Of a stretch of 64,000 nt of DNA, positions 37,607 through 48,272 are shown piece after piece; the first letter of the stretch is position 1; each line of letters begins with the position of its first letter. Under the pieces are notes generated by a model. That model was not told the origin of the DNA, ran no database searches, and saw nothing but the letters and a program-made list of their open reading frames with translations. Both the position numbers and the translations under genes were made by a program. The stretch covers positions 736,001-800,000 of the forward strand of contig OY968762.1 of the NCBI GenBank assembly GCA_963695225.1, read 5' to 3'. The stretch comes from Vulcanimicrobiota bacterium (GTDB taxonomy: Bacteria > Vulcanimicrobiota > Vulcanimicrobiia > Vulcanimicrobiales > Vulcanimicrobiaceae).

Positions 37607-39318
37607 CTGCCGCCGCCGCCCCCGCCGGGGACTCTGACGGTCGCCGGCGTCAAGGCCGACGAGCCCGTGCGCCCCGCGCTCGAGTTCGAACCCGATGCAG
37701 ACGTGCCGCCCGAGACGACGACGAGATCGCCGGGCGCGAGGCTCGCGCCGGAAGGCTGGACCGCCGCCGAACTCCCGCTGACGAGGGTCACGGTCACCGG
37801 GACCGCCCGCACCGAGCCGTCGGCGTTCTCGACGAACAGCCGCGAGCGGCTCCCCGCGACGAGCGCCCCGGCTCCCGAGGAGCCGACGTTGCCCCACGGC
37901 GAGCTGCCGGCTGCGCCGGGCACGGCTGTCGCGCTGCCGGCGGGGCTCGACGAGACCTGCGTCCGCGCGGGACGCAAGGCCGCCGGGGGCCGCCAGCTGA
38001 GCGCCGAGATCGGAACGACGAGAGCGTCGTCGGCCGTCTTCCCGACGTGGACGGAGGCGTTCGCGGTCATGCCGGGGCGCAGGCGGCCGTCGGTGTTGTC
38101 GACGAGGACCGGCGTCGTATACGTCACCACGTTCGAGACGACCGTGCCGTTCTGCCGGACCTGCGAGATCGTGCCGTGGAACGTCTGGCCGGGATAGGCC
38201 AGCACGCTGAAATCGACGGCCTGGCCGACTTTGACCGAACCGACGTCCGGCTCGCCGACCGCCAGATCGACCTCCATCTTGCGTAAGTCCTTCGCGATCG
38301 TGAACAGCGTCGGCGTCTGGAAGGAGGCGGCGACGGTCTGGCCGACCGAAACGGTCCGCGAGATCACGGTGCCGTCGACCGGGGACTTGATCACGGTGTG
38401 ATCGAGATCCAATTGCGCCTGCACGACGTGAGCCTCTGCGACGGCGACGGCGGCTTGCGCGGCCGCGGCGCTCGAATTCGAACCCGAGACGGCCGTCACC
38501 GAGGCGGCGCTCTGAGCCGTCTGCGAAACGCTCTGTTCGGCGCTCGCGGTTGCCTGGCTGCGAGCGGCCAGCGCTTGCGCGCGCGACTGCTGCGCGGCGG
38601 CCTCGGCCGAGCTGAGCGCGGCGTTCGCGGCGATCTGAGCCGAAGTATCGCTATCGACTTGGCTCTGCGAAACGTAGCCTTGCGCGAGCAGCCCGCGGCT
38701 GCGAGCGAGCGTCTGGTTCGCGAGCGCGAGGGCGCTCTTCGCCTTCGCGACGTCTGCATCGGCGCTGCGGACCGCCGCATCCGCGACCAGGACGGACTGC
38801 TGGGCGGCCGCCTTCGTGGCCTGGGCCGCGCGGGCCGTTGCCAGAGCCGCTTGCGCGCTCGAACCCGAGCCCGCGGCCGCGTCGCCCGCCGCGGCCGCCT
38901 GAGCTTGCGCTTGGGCGAGCGAACCCTGTGCCACGGCGAGCGCGGCCTGGAACGGCGTCGGATCGAGCCGCGCCAGAACCTGCCCTGCGCGGACCTTGCT
39001 GTTGTAATCGACGTCGAGCGTCGAAATCGTCCCCGAAACTTGCGAGCCGATGTTGATCGTATCTTGCGGGTTCACGGTGCCCGTTGCCGTCGCGTACGCG
39101 ACGAGGGCTTGACGCTGCACCGGCGCGGTCACGAGCGGCGTCGTGGCGGGCGCTTGAAATCTCAGGAAGAGCAGCACCCCCAGAACCACGAGCAAGACGC
39201 TGCCGCCGATGATATAGGCGAGCCGGGGCTCGAAGCGCTTGCTAGGAGGTGAGCCTGGTGGTTGCGGTCCCTTGCCGTTCGTGCTCGGCGTCGCAATGGT
39301 CTGTTGCATCGCGCTCAT
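37603..39318 (-). CDS. MacA-like periplasmic adaptor (membrane fusion protein)
   Basis: TM anchor, GSQVSG, long Ala/Gln coiled coil, IKSPVDG...VGQTVAASFQTPTLF, LRPGMTA. Confidence 0.92.
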   Translation of the reverse strand: MSAMQQTIATPSTNGKGPQPPGSPPSKRFEPRLAYIIGGSVLLVVLGVLLFLRFQAPATTPLVTAPVQRQALVAYATATGTVNPQDTINIGSQVSGTISTLDVDYNSKVRAGQVLARLDPTPFQAALAVAQGSLAQAQAQAAAAGDAAAGSGSSAQAALATARAAQATKAAAQQSVLVADAAVRSADADVAKAKSALALANQTLARSRGLLAQGYVSQSQVDSDTSAQIAANAALSSAEAAAQQSRAQALAARSQATASAEQSVSQTAQSAASVTAVSGSNSSAAAAQAAVAVAEAHVVQAQLDLDHTVIKSPVDGTVISRTVSVGQTVAASFQTPTLFTIAKDLRKMEVDLAVGEPDVGSVKVGQAVDFSVLAYPGQTFHGTISQVRQNGTVVSNVVTYTTPVLVDNTDGRLRPGMTANASVHVGKTADDALVVPISALSWRPPAALRPARTQVSSSPAGSATAVPGAAGSSPWGNVGSSGAGALVAGSRSRLFVENADGSVRAVPVTVTLVSGSSAAVQPSGASLAPGDLVVVSGGTSASGSNSSAGRTGSSALTPATVRVPGGGGGGR

Positions 39319-39351
39319 CGTAGCGCTCCCGTGTGTACCGTTTGTGTCGTT

Positions 39352-39843
39352 CTATCGATCCTTTGTTGCGTCGGCTTCGAGCATGCCGGGCGAAACGACG
39401 TCGACGTTCGCGCGCGCGCCGTCGTAGCGGACCTTCGAACCGAAGGCCCGCTCGATGAGCCCCGGCCCGACCATCGTGCGGCCTCGCAGCGAGAACGGCG
39501 CGTGCGCGAGCACGATCGCGGCCCCGTTGAGCGTCGCCTCCTTCTCGCCCAGCTTCATGCGTAGAACGGTGCGCCCGCGAACGAGCGCTACCTCGCGCGT
39601 CTTCGGATCGAACGATGCCTGCGCCCCGAGCCCGTCGGCGACGGCCCGCAGCGGCACGAACGCGTCGTGAGCGCGCGTGACCGGCGGGACGTCCGTCGCG
39701 ATCCGGCGGCCGTCGATCATGAGCGTCGCCGGCCGGGCGAAAAACATCCCCGTCGCCGCGAGCGTCGCCGCGACGAGCGTCACCACGACGATCGAAGGGC
39801 TAGGGAGCAGCGGCTGCGGCGACCCTTCCGGCGGCGGTTTCAT
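39352..39843 (-). CDS. Copper amine oxidase N-terminal (stalk) domain protein
   Basis: FVPLRAVADGLGAQ, RTMVGPGLIERAFGSKVRYD; start uncertain (39843 or GTG 39786). Confidence 0.78.
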   Translation of the reverse strand: MKPPPEGSPQPLLPSPSIVVVTLVAATLAATGMFFARPATLMIDGRRIATDVPPVTRAHDAFVPLRAVADGLGAQASFDPKTREVALVRGRTVLRMKLGEKEATLNGAAIVLAHAPFSLRGRTMVGPGLIERAFGSKVRYDGARANVDVVSPGMLEADATKDR

Positions 39844-40963
39844 GCGCGTAGCTCGGGTACTCTTCTGCAATGACCTTCTCGATCTCGGCCCGTAGGGCAG
39901 TCAACAAGTCGGCCTCCGGAAAGGTTCCAACGAGCGACCCCTTCCGGTAGATGGCGCCTTTGCCCTTACCACCGGCAATGCCCACATCGGCCATTTTTGA
40001 CTCCCCCGGGCCATTGACGACGCAGCCCATGACGGCTACCTTGACGGGCGCCGTATACTCGCGGGCGATCGCCTCGACGCTCCGTGCGAGCGCCACGACT
40101 TGGATCTCCGCCCTTCCGCACGAGGGGCAGGCCGTGATGTCGAATCCCTTTTCGCGCAAGCCGAGCGCCTTGAGGATCCCCCAGCACACCGGGACCTCCT
40201 CGACCGGATCGGCGGCGAGCGAAACCCGCATCGTGTCGCCGATGCCCTCCCACAAGAGGATCCCGAGGCCGATCGAGCTCTTGATCGTCCCGTCGCGCGG
40301 CAGGCCCGCCTCCGTGATCCCGAGATGCAAGGCGTACGGCGTCTTCCGCTCCGCGAGCCGCTCGTCCATCAGCCGGTAGGCGTACACGGTCGTCGCGACC
40401 TCGTGCGCTTTCAGCGAGATGACGATGTCCGTGTGCCCGAGGTCCTCGAGAATCTCGACGTGCCGCAGAGCCGATCTCACCATCGCTTCCGGCGTCAGGC
40501 CGTACTTCTGCTCGAGATCGTGCGCGAGCGAGCCCAGGTTCACGCCGATGCGAATCGGCGTCGCCCGTTCCTTCGCGAGTTCGACGACTTCGCGCGTCTT
40601 CTTCGGGTCGGTGATGTTCCCGGGATTGAGCCGCAGCTTCGCGACGCCCGCTTCGATCGCGGCCAGCGCCATCCGGTGGTCGAAGTGGATGTCGGCGACG
40701 ATCGGGACCGGGGAGCGCTTGACGATGTGCGGGAGCCCCGCCGCGTCGCGGACGTCCTGGCAGGTAACGCGAACGATTTCGCAGCCGGCCATCGCGAGCC
40801 CGTAGATCTGTTCGAGCGTCTTTTCGTAGTCGGCCGTGTCGGTCGTCGTCATCGACTGGACCGCGACCGGATGGTCGCCGCCGATCCAGACGCCCTTCGA
40901 ATCGGATTCGCCGCTCTTGTTCTTGAGGTAGACCGCTTTGGAGTGCCGACGGAAACGAACCAT
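39800..40963 (-). CDS. ispG: 4-hydroxy-3-methylbut-2-en-1-yl diphosphate synthase
   Basis: VQSMT, ADIHF, RLNPGN, HLGITEAG, ACPSCGR, VMGCVVNGPGE. Confidence 0.96.
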   Translation of the reverse strand: MVRFRRHSKAVYLKNKSGESDSKGVWIGGDHPVAVQSMTTTDTADYEKTLEQIYGLAMAGCEIVRVTCQDVRDAAGLPHIVKRSPVPIVADIHFDHRMALAAIEAGVAKLRLNPGNITDPKKTREVVELAKERATPIRIGVNLGSLAHDLEQKYGLTPEAMVRSALRHVEILEDLGHTDIVISLKAHEVATTVYAYRLMDERLAERKTPYALHLGITEAGLPRDGTIKSSIGLGILLWEGIGDTMRVSLAADPVEEVPVCWGILKALGLREKGFDITACPSCGRAEIQVVALARSVEAIAREYTAPVKVAVMGCVVNGPGESKMADVGIAGGKGKGAIYRKGSLVGTFPEADLLTALRAEIEKVIAEEYPSYAHETAAGRVAAAAAP

Positions 40964-40965
40964 GC

Positions 40966-42123
40966 TTAAAAGACGCCTTTGCCCGCGACGAGGTTCGCGA
41001 TGTCGTGGTAGGCCACGAAGATCATCAGAACCATGAGGAGTGCGAATCCGGTGACGTGGACGAACGCTTCCCGCTCCGGATCGATCGGCTTGCCCCGCAG
41101 CATTTCCGCGAGAATGAAGATTCCGCGCCCGCCGTCGAGAGCGGGGATGGGCAACAGGTTGAAGATGCCCAGCGCCATCGAGATCCCGGCGGCGAGTTGG
41201 AGGTAGGGGGCCCAGCCGAGATCCTGCAGTTGCGAGGCGGCACGCCCCATTCCGATGACGCCGCTGACGTGCTGGAACCGATCGATCGGATGCGCCAGCA
41301 GGTCGGCGACGCCCACGATGTTCCCCACGAACAGCGAGACGGTCCCCGACCATGCGTCCGAGACGCCCTTGAGCAGCCCGACGCGTTCGAATTTCGGGAT
41401 CACCGCGAAGCCGATCCGGCCTTCGATCTTCCCTCCTTCGTTCACGGGCTCGGGCGTGACGCGCATCTCCCCGACCGCGCCGCCCCGCTCGTACCGCAAC
41501 GTCAGCGGGACGTTCGCGGAGTTGTGGATGCGCTCGACCATCGCTTTGCCGCTCGTCACGGGCAGGCCGTCGATCGAGAGGATGCGATCCCCGAACTGCA
41601 AGCCCGCGCGGGCCCCGGGCGAACCCGCCTTCACTTGGCCGACGAGCGTGCTGTTCGCGTCCGTCGCGATGCCGAATACGATCGCGCTGAAGAGCAGGAT
41701 CACGAACGTCACGATGATGTTCGCGACCGGCCCCGCGCCGACGATCGCCAGGCGCTGCAGGGGCTTCTTGCTCTGAAAATTGTCGGAATTGTCGAGCGCA
41801 GCCATAGCGGTCCGGAATTGGCGCTGCTGCTCGGCCTCGCTCGTCTTTCCGTCCTCGCCCTGCATCGCGCAGTAGCCGCCGATCGGCAGCAGGTTGAGGC
41901 GGTAATTCGTGCCGCTTCGCGGGGACGTCCACTTCAGCAGCGTCGGCCCCATGCCCAGCGCGAAATCGTTCACGCGCACGCCGTTCCAGCGGGCCACCAA
42001 GAAGTGCCCGCCCTCGTGCAAGACGATCAAGACCGAGATCATCACGAGGAACACCAAGGTGTGCGCCACTCCGTCGAGTGCCGCCAGCCCTAGGACCGGA
42101 ACGAGCGAGAACGTCATCATCAT
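40966..42123 (-). CDS. rseP: RIP metalloprotease RseP (M50 with PDZ)
   Basis: HEGGH, PIGGY, AGPVAN, NLLPIPALDGG. Confidence 0.93.
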   Translation of the reverse strand: MMMTFSLVPVLGLAALDGVAHTLVFLVMISVLIVLHEGGHFLVARWNGVRVNDFALGMGPTLLKWTSPRSGTNYRLNLLPIGGYCAMQGEDGKTSEAEQQRQFRTAMAALDNSDNFQSKKPLQRLAIVGAGPVANIIVTFVILLFSAIVFGIATDANSTLVGQVKAGSPGARAGLQFGDRILSIDGLPVTSGKAMVERIHNSANVPLTLRYERGGAVGEMRVTPEPVNEGGKIEGRIGFAVIPKFERVGLLKGVSDAWSGTVSLFVGNIVGVADLLAHPIDRFQHVSGVIGMGRAASQLQDLGWAPYLQLAAGISMALGIFNLLPIPALDGGRGIFILAEMLRGKPIDPEREAFVHVTGFALLMVLMIFVAYHDIANLVAGKGVF

Positions 42124-42124
42124 C

Positions 42125-43336
42125 CTATGAAACACCGCGAGTCGGGTGAACGATCCGCCGCGCTTCGACGGCGCGGCGGGCGAGTTCCCGGGCGCGGGCG
42201 TCGGCGGCGCGAACGGCCCCTAGCGACAGCGGTTCGTCGGGGGTCCCCGCCAGGACCTCGCGGACGACCTCGGGGATCCCGCCGAACGGCAGCTCGCCGT
42301 TCACGAAAGCGTGCACGACGATCTCGTTCGCGGCGGAGAGCGCCGCAGGGGCCGTTCCGCCCCGGCGCAAGGCCTCGTAGGCGAGGCCCAGGCAGGGAAA
42401 GCGCTCCAGGTCGGGGCGCTCGAACTCCAGCCGCACCGAACGTTCGGCGGCCGTACCGCCCAGCGCCACGAAGGGATCCACGTTCGAGATATCGGCGAGG
42501 CGCTCCGGGTACGCGAGCGCGTAGCCGATCGGGAGGCGCATGTCCGGGGGAGCGAGCTGCGCCTTCACGTTCCCGTCGCGGAAGATCACGAAACCGTGCG
42601 CGATGCTCGTGCGGTGGACGGCGACCGCGATCCGCTCCCCGGGGACGCCGAAGAAGCGGCTCGCCTCGATGACCTCGAGCCCCTTGTTCATCATCGAGGC
42701 CGAATCGATCGTGTTCTTCGTTCCCATCTGCCAGGTCGGGTGGCGCAGCGCGTCCGCGACGGTTGCGCTGCGGATCGCCTCGGCGTCCTTCTCCCAGAAC
42801 GGCCCGCCCGAGGCCGTCAGGACGAGCGTGGCGACGCTCTCCGGAGCCTCGCCGACGAGGCACTGGAAGAGCGCGCTATGCTCGCTGTCGACCGGCAGGA
42901 GCCGGGCCCCGCTCGCGCGGGCCGCCGCGAAGAGCAACTCACCTGCCGCGACCACGAGCTCTTTGTTCGCGACCGCGATCGTCAGGCCGAGTTCCACCGC
43001 CGCAAACACCGCGTCGAACGCGACGGCGCCGTCGGTAGCCGCCAGCACGACCTCGGCGCCGGTCTCGACCGCGACGGCGAGCAGGCCCGCGGGGCCCGCC
43101 AGCGCGCGCGCCCCCGCCGGGAGCGCCGCCGAAAGCGCGCCGATGTCCGCGGCGTTGCCGCAGGCGACGACCTTCGGGGAGAAACGTCGCGCCTGCGCCG
43201 CGAGCTCGGCCACGCGCGCCCCCGCGGCCAGACCGACGACCTCGAACTCATCGGGGTGCCGCCCGATCACATCGAGCGCTTGCGTTCCGATCGAACCGGT
43301 CGAGCCCAGGATCGCCACGCGCCTGCGAGCGTTCAT
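42125..43336 (-). CDS. dxr: 1-deoxy-D-xylulose-5-phosphate reductoisomerase
   Basis: LGSTGSIG, ANKE, PVDSEH, TASGGPF, HPTWQMG, NKGLEVIE. Confidence 0.97.
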   Translation of the reverse strand: MNARRRVAILGSTGSIGTQALDVIGRHPDEFEVVGLAAGARVAELAAQARRFSPKVVACGNAADIGALSAALPAGARALAGPAGLLAVAVETGAEVVLAATDGAVAFDAVFAAVELGLTIAVANKELVVAAGELLFAAARASGARLLPVDSEHSALFQCLVGEAPESVATLVLTASGGPFWEKDAEAIRSATVADALRHPTWQMGTKNTIDSASMMNKGLEVIEASRFFGVPGERIAVAVHRTSIAHGFVIFRDGNVKAQLAPPDMRLPIGYALAYPERLADISNVDPFVALGGTAAERSVRLEFERPDLERFPCLGLAYEALRRGGTAPAALSAANEIVVHAFVNGELPFGGIPEVVREVLAGTPDEPLSLGAVRAADARARELARRAVEARRIVHPTRGVS

Positions 43337-44262
43337 CGAACTTGCGTCTCCCGCATCAATTCGTGCAGCCCCGGCACGGCGAATCCGACGAGCCAGAGCG
43401 AGAAATAGAAACCGATCCCACCGAACATGTAGGAATCGAAGCGGTCGAGGATGCCGCCGTGGCTGTGCAGCGCCGAACCCGCATCCTTGACGTGTGCGTC
43501 GCGTTTGAGTCCGCTCTCGACGAGATCTCCCGCTTGCGCCGAGAACGACGTGAGCGCACCGACGAACGCGCCCTCCCACCACGTCACGTGCAGGTTCGGC
43601 ACGAGCGCAAGGCCGGCGCCGATCGCCGTCGGAACGAGCAATCCGGCGAGCGCGCCCTCGACCGTCTTGCGCGGAGAGATCGAGGTCAGCGGCGTCCGGC
43701 CGAGCGACGTCCCGACCACCATCGCCGAGATGTCCGTCATCGCGATCAGGAAGATCACCGCGAACGTCAGCGGCATCCCGATCTCCGGCATCGCGCGGAT
43801 CGTGACGAAATACGAGAGCAGCTTGCCGATGTACAGCACGCCGAGCAACGTGTAGCCGCTCGAGGCGAGGCGATTCTCCTTCGCGGTGAAGGTCGCGGTC
43901 GCGAGCGCGATCACGACGGTCGCGCCGAGCAGCACGCTCTCGTAATGGCGGATCAAACCGAAGTACGCGAGCACGATGTACCCGACGACGGCGGCGAGCG
44001 CGACGGGGAACTCGATCGGCGTCCCCTTCCCCCCGCGCGTCGATAGCTGCGCGAACTCCCAGAGCGCGCCGGCCGCAATCGCCAGCACCAACAGCGCGTA
44101 GGCCGGCGGCCACACGACCGTCCCGAAACCGACGGCGGCGATCGCCAAGCCGGTCGCGATGCGCCGGGGCCAATCGACGCTCTTGCGCACCGCCGCCGCC
44201 GGCGCTTCGGCCGCCGTCACGGCGACCGGACCGCGAGCCGCGTTCCCCGCGGAATCATCCAA
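43333..44262 (-). CDS. cdsA: Phosphatidate cytidylyltransferase
   Basis: ISPRKTVEG, GDLVESGLKR...KDAG...HGGILDRFDS. Confidence 0.95.
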   Translation of the reverse strand: MDDSAGNAARGPVAVTAAEAPAAAVRKSVDWPRRIATGLAIAAVGFGTVVWPPAYALLVLAIAAGALWEFAQLSTRGGKGTPIEFPVALAAVVGYIVLAYFGLIRHYESVLLGATVVIALATATFTAKENRLASSGYTLLGVLYIGKLLSYFVTIRAMPEIGMPLTFAVIFLIAMTDISAMVVGTSLGRTPLTSISPRKTVEGALAGLLVPTAIGAGLALVPNLHVTWWEGAFVGALTSFSAQAGDLVESGLKRDAHVKDAGSALHSHGGILDRFDSYMFGGIGFYFSLWLVGFAVPGLHELMRETQVR

Positions 44263-44470
44263 TCTCGGGCCGCTCGTAGCGCTCGTACCCGGCGAGGAGG
44301 CTCACCCCGCCCGCATGCTCGCGGACGCGCAACACGCGCAACTCGCCCGCGCCGAGGGCAGGGTAGGGCGGCGCGAGGACGCGGAACTCGATCGGAAGCG
44401 AACCCAGGCGCGCGCGCGCTTGCGTCTCCGGGAGAAGCGTCAGACTCTCGAGCGCTGCATCGGCCATCAA
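44255..44470 (-). CDS. Small hypothetical protein (~70 aa) in the usual uppS position
   Basis: Overlaps both the frr stop and the cdsA start; fills the gap exactly. Confidence 0.65.
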   Translation of the reverse strand: MMADAALESLTLLPETQARARLGSLPIEFRVLAPPYPALGAGELRVLRVREHAGGVSLLAGYERYERPEIG

Positions 44471-45024
44471 ACTTCCATGATCTCTTTTTCCTTGTGAACG
44501 ACGAGGGCGTCGACATCCTTCGCGAACTTATCGGTCAGCTTCTGGACGCGCTCGACCGCCCGCTTGTTCTCGTCGTCGGTAATCTTCGCGTCTTTGTGTA
44601 GGATCTTGAGCTCGTCGACGCTCTTGTGCCGGACGTTCCGGATAGCGACCTTACCGTCTTCGGCTTTCTTGCGGATGACTTTCACGAGATCTTTGCGCCG
44701 CTCTTCGTTCAGCGGCGGAATCGAGAGGCGCACGTTCTGCCCGTCGATGCGCGGGGTCACGCCGAGATCGCTCGTTTCGATGGCCTTGCGGATCGCGCCG
44801 ACCGTCGAGCGATCGAAGGCCGTGATCTGCAGCGTCCGCGCGTCGGGGACGCTGACGGTCGCGACTTGTTTGAGCGGCACGTGCGAACCGTAGGCTTCGA
44901 CGTGCAACCGGTCGAGCAGCGCCGCCGAAGCGCGCCCCGTTCGCACCGAGCTGAAATCGCTGCGCGTCGCTTCGAGCGCCTTGCCCATTTTCGCCTCAGC
45001 GGACTTGATGACGTCCTCGATCAT
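44467..45024 (-). CDS. frr: Ribosome recycling factor
   Basis: VRTGRAS, YGSHVPL, PPLNEERRKDLVK, KEKEIMEV. Confidence 0.97.
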   Translation of the reverse strand: MIEDVIKSAEAKMGKALEATRSDFSSVRTGRASAALLDRLHVEAYGSHVPLKQVATVSVPDARTLQITAFDRSTVGAIRKAIETSDLGVTPRIDGQNVRLSIPPLNEERRKDLVKVIRKKAEDGKVAIRNVRHKSVDELKILHKDAKITDDENKRAVERVQKLTDKFAKDVDALVVHKEKEIMEV

Positions 45025-45106
45025 CGATTCCCACACTCCCCGGACCGCACGTGCGCCCCGGCGGGGCGCCGCTGCGGTACGTCCTCACTTGTCTATATGG
45101 GTGGTG

Positions 45107-46458
<1,352 letters not shown>

Positions 46459-46503
46459 CGAACTCTCTCCTTGGTGTGCAGCGTGGGTCGGTCGGCGGAC
46501 GCC

Positions 46504-47286
46504 CTAGACGGCGGCCTGGGGCTCGGGCTCGGCTTCCACAGCCGCGACCGGGGGTGAATCGGCGTACGCGTCGTCGTCGTAGCCGCTCTCGAGTTCCGTC
46601 CGGCCCTCGATGATCGCGTCGGCGATCTTCGAGACCATCAATTTGACCGCGCGAATCGCATCGTCGTTGCCCGGGACCAGGTAGTCGATCTCGTCGGGAT
46701 CGCAGTTCGTATCGACGACGGCGATGATCGGAATCTTCAGCTTGCGAGCTTCCATCACGGCGATCCGCTCTTTCTTGGGATCGACGATGAAGACGGCGTC
46801 GGGGAGGCGATGCATGTCCTTGATCCCGCCGAGAAACTTCTCGAGCTTCTCCAGCTCGTCGGTGAGGCGCCCGACCTCTTTCTTGGGAAGGCGATCGAAA
46901 TCGCCCTGGGAGCGCATCCCCTCGAGCTCGCGCAGGCGGGCGATCCGCTTCTGGATCGTCGCGAAATTCGTGAGCGTTCCGCCGAGCCAGCGCTGGTTGA
47001 CGAAAAACGTCCCGGCGCGTTCGGCTTCGTCCTTGACGGCATCCTGCGCTTGCTTCTTGGTCCCGACGAACAGGATCACTTTCCCGTCGTTCGCCATCTT
47101 GCGGACGGCGGCGTAGACTTCGCGAAGCTTGATGACCGTCTTCTGGAGGTCGATGATGTAGATCCCGTTGCGCTCCTGGAAGATGTAAGGTTTCATCTTC
47201 GGATTCCAACGGCGGGTCTGGTGGCCGAAGTGCACGCCCGCTTCGAGCAGCGCCTTCATCGAAATGACGGAGGTGGGTGTGGACAT
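46504..47286 (-). CDS. rpsB: 30S ribosomal protein S2
   Basis: [37 protein letters not shown]. Confidence 0.98.
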   Translation of the reverse strand: MSTPTSVISMKALLEAGVHFGHQTRRWNPKMKPYIFQERNGIYIIDLQKTVIKLREVYAAVRKMANDGKVILFVGTKKQAQDAVKDEAERAGTFFVNQRWLGGTLTNFATIQKRIARLRELEGMRSQGDFDRLPKKEVGRLTDELEKLEKFLGGIKDMHRLPDAVFIVDPKKERIAVMEARKLKIPIIAVVDTNCDPDEIDYLVPGNDDAIRAVKLMVSKIADAIIEGRTELESGYDDDAYADSPPVAAVEAEPEPQAAV

Positions 47287-47386
47287 GGAGACCTTTCTGG
47301 TTTCGTTCGCGGCGTGCATCCGTGCTGCCCGAACATGGCGAAACCATCGCGCCCGGCGTCCTGCCGGGCGAAATTGCAACGCTGGG

Positions 47387-47395
47387 AGTATATCA
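47387..47395 (-). promoter_or_regulatory. Extended -10 promoter of rpsB
   Basis: TGATATACT about 100 nt upstream of the rpsB start. Confidence 0.6.
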
Positions 47396-47451
47396 TGCCC
47401 GGGCCCGGCCGCCTAGGCCGAACGGTTGCTCTCTAGATGGGGGCGGGGGCC

Positions 47452-47715
47452 TTACTCCGCCCGGCGGGCGCGACGAGGGCGGGCGGCGATGCCTTCGGGG
47501 GCGACGGCCACGTCGCCGGCGGGGGGCGGGGCGGCTTGCGCCGCGGCACGGTTCATCCGCTGGATCTCCTCGTAGACCTCGGAGCGGTGAACGGAAATAT
47601 CGCGCGGAGCCTCGATGCCGAGCTTCACTTGGTCGCGTTCGACGGAAACGACGATGATGCGCACGTCGTCGCCGATCATGATCGATTGATTCAGCTTGCG
47701 ACTGAGTACGAGCAT
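47452..47715 (-). CDS. csrA: Carbon storage regulator CsrA
   Basis: [17 protein letters not shown]...[17 protein letters not shown], with the C-terminal extension typical of FliW-regulated CsrA. Confidence 0.96.
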   Translation of the reverse strand: MLVLSRKLNQSIMIGDDVRIIVVSVERDQVKLGIEAPRDISVHRSEVYEEIQRMNRAAAQAAPPPAGDVAVAPEGIAARPRRARRAE

Positions 47716-47751
47716 GTGCCCTCCATGGACTCCATTGGAGGGCCCGCTTCG

Positions 47752-48183
47752 CTAGGGTAAGTGAGCTTCCTCTCTTAATCCCGGAAATGGCGTCCGTACG
47801 TCGTACCGCGAGTCGTCGAGCATGATCTGCCGGCCGATGCGCGTCGAGCGATTGATGACGACGGGCGCATAGAGATTCACCGTCGGGCCGTGGACGGGAT
47901 CGTTTGGGACGACGATGCAGAACATGACGACGTCGCCGGGGGATTCGATCTCCAGCGTCGTCACCGCGTACTTCGGCAGCACGGGCTCGTAGTCGGGGAA
48001 ATGGGACCACGGCTCGATGACGGGCAATGCGATCGACGGCTCTTCGAGGCTGCGGAGCCACGTGCCGGGCTTCGTGTCGGGAATCCGAACGATCGCGAAT
48101 TTCCGAAGCTGTCCGAAGCCGGGTAAGCCCCACGGGAACGTGAGCGTCATCGCCTCCGGCATGTTCGAAATCCACGTAGCCAT
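47752..48183 (-). CDS. fliW: Flagellar assembly factor FliW
   Basis: FPWGLPGF, WLRS...ALPVIEP, TVNLYAPVVIN...GRQIML; adjacent to csrA. Confidence 0.9.
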   Translation of the reverse strand: MATWISNMPEAMTLTFPWGLPGFGQLRKFAIVRIPDTKPGTWLRSLEEPSIALPVIEPWSHFPDYEPVLPKYAVTTLEIESPGDVVMFCIVVPNDPVHGPTVNLYAPVVINRSTRIGRQIMLDDSRYDVRTPFPGLREEAHLP

Positions 48184-48232
48184 AAGATAACTACCGGTCC
48201 CCAAATCGAGAGAGATTTGAATCTACTCAACC

Positions 48233-48259
48233 ATATCGGCGGCGCCGGAGAAAACATGA
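48233..48259 (-). promoter_or_regulatory. Sigma-28 (FliA/SigD)-type promoter of fliW-csrA
   Basis: TCATGTTT-N11-GCCGATAT versus consensus TAAAGTTT-N11-GCCGATAA; flagellar target gene. Confidence 0.7.
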
Positions 48260-48272
48260 CCGATTTCGAGGG

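Noticed and set aside
39800..44173. Long fused ORFs (710-aa ispG, 682-aa dxr) and similar extensions of hddA, proS, nadE and macB
   Set aside because: The extensions overlap upstream genes in other frames and are stop-poor high-GC artefacts; family N-termini define shorter starts.
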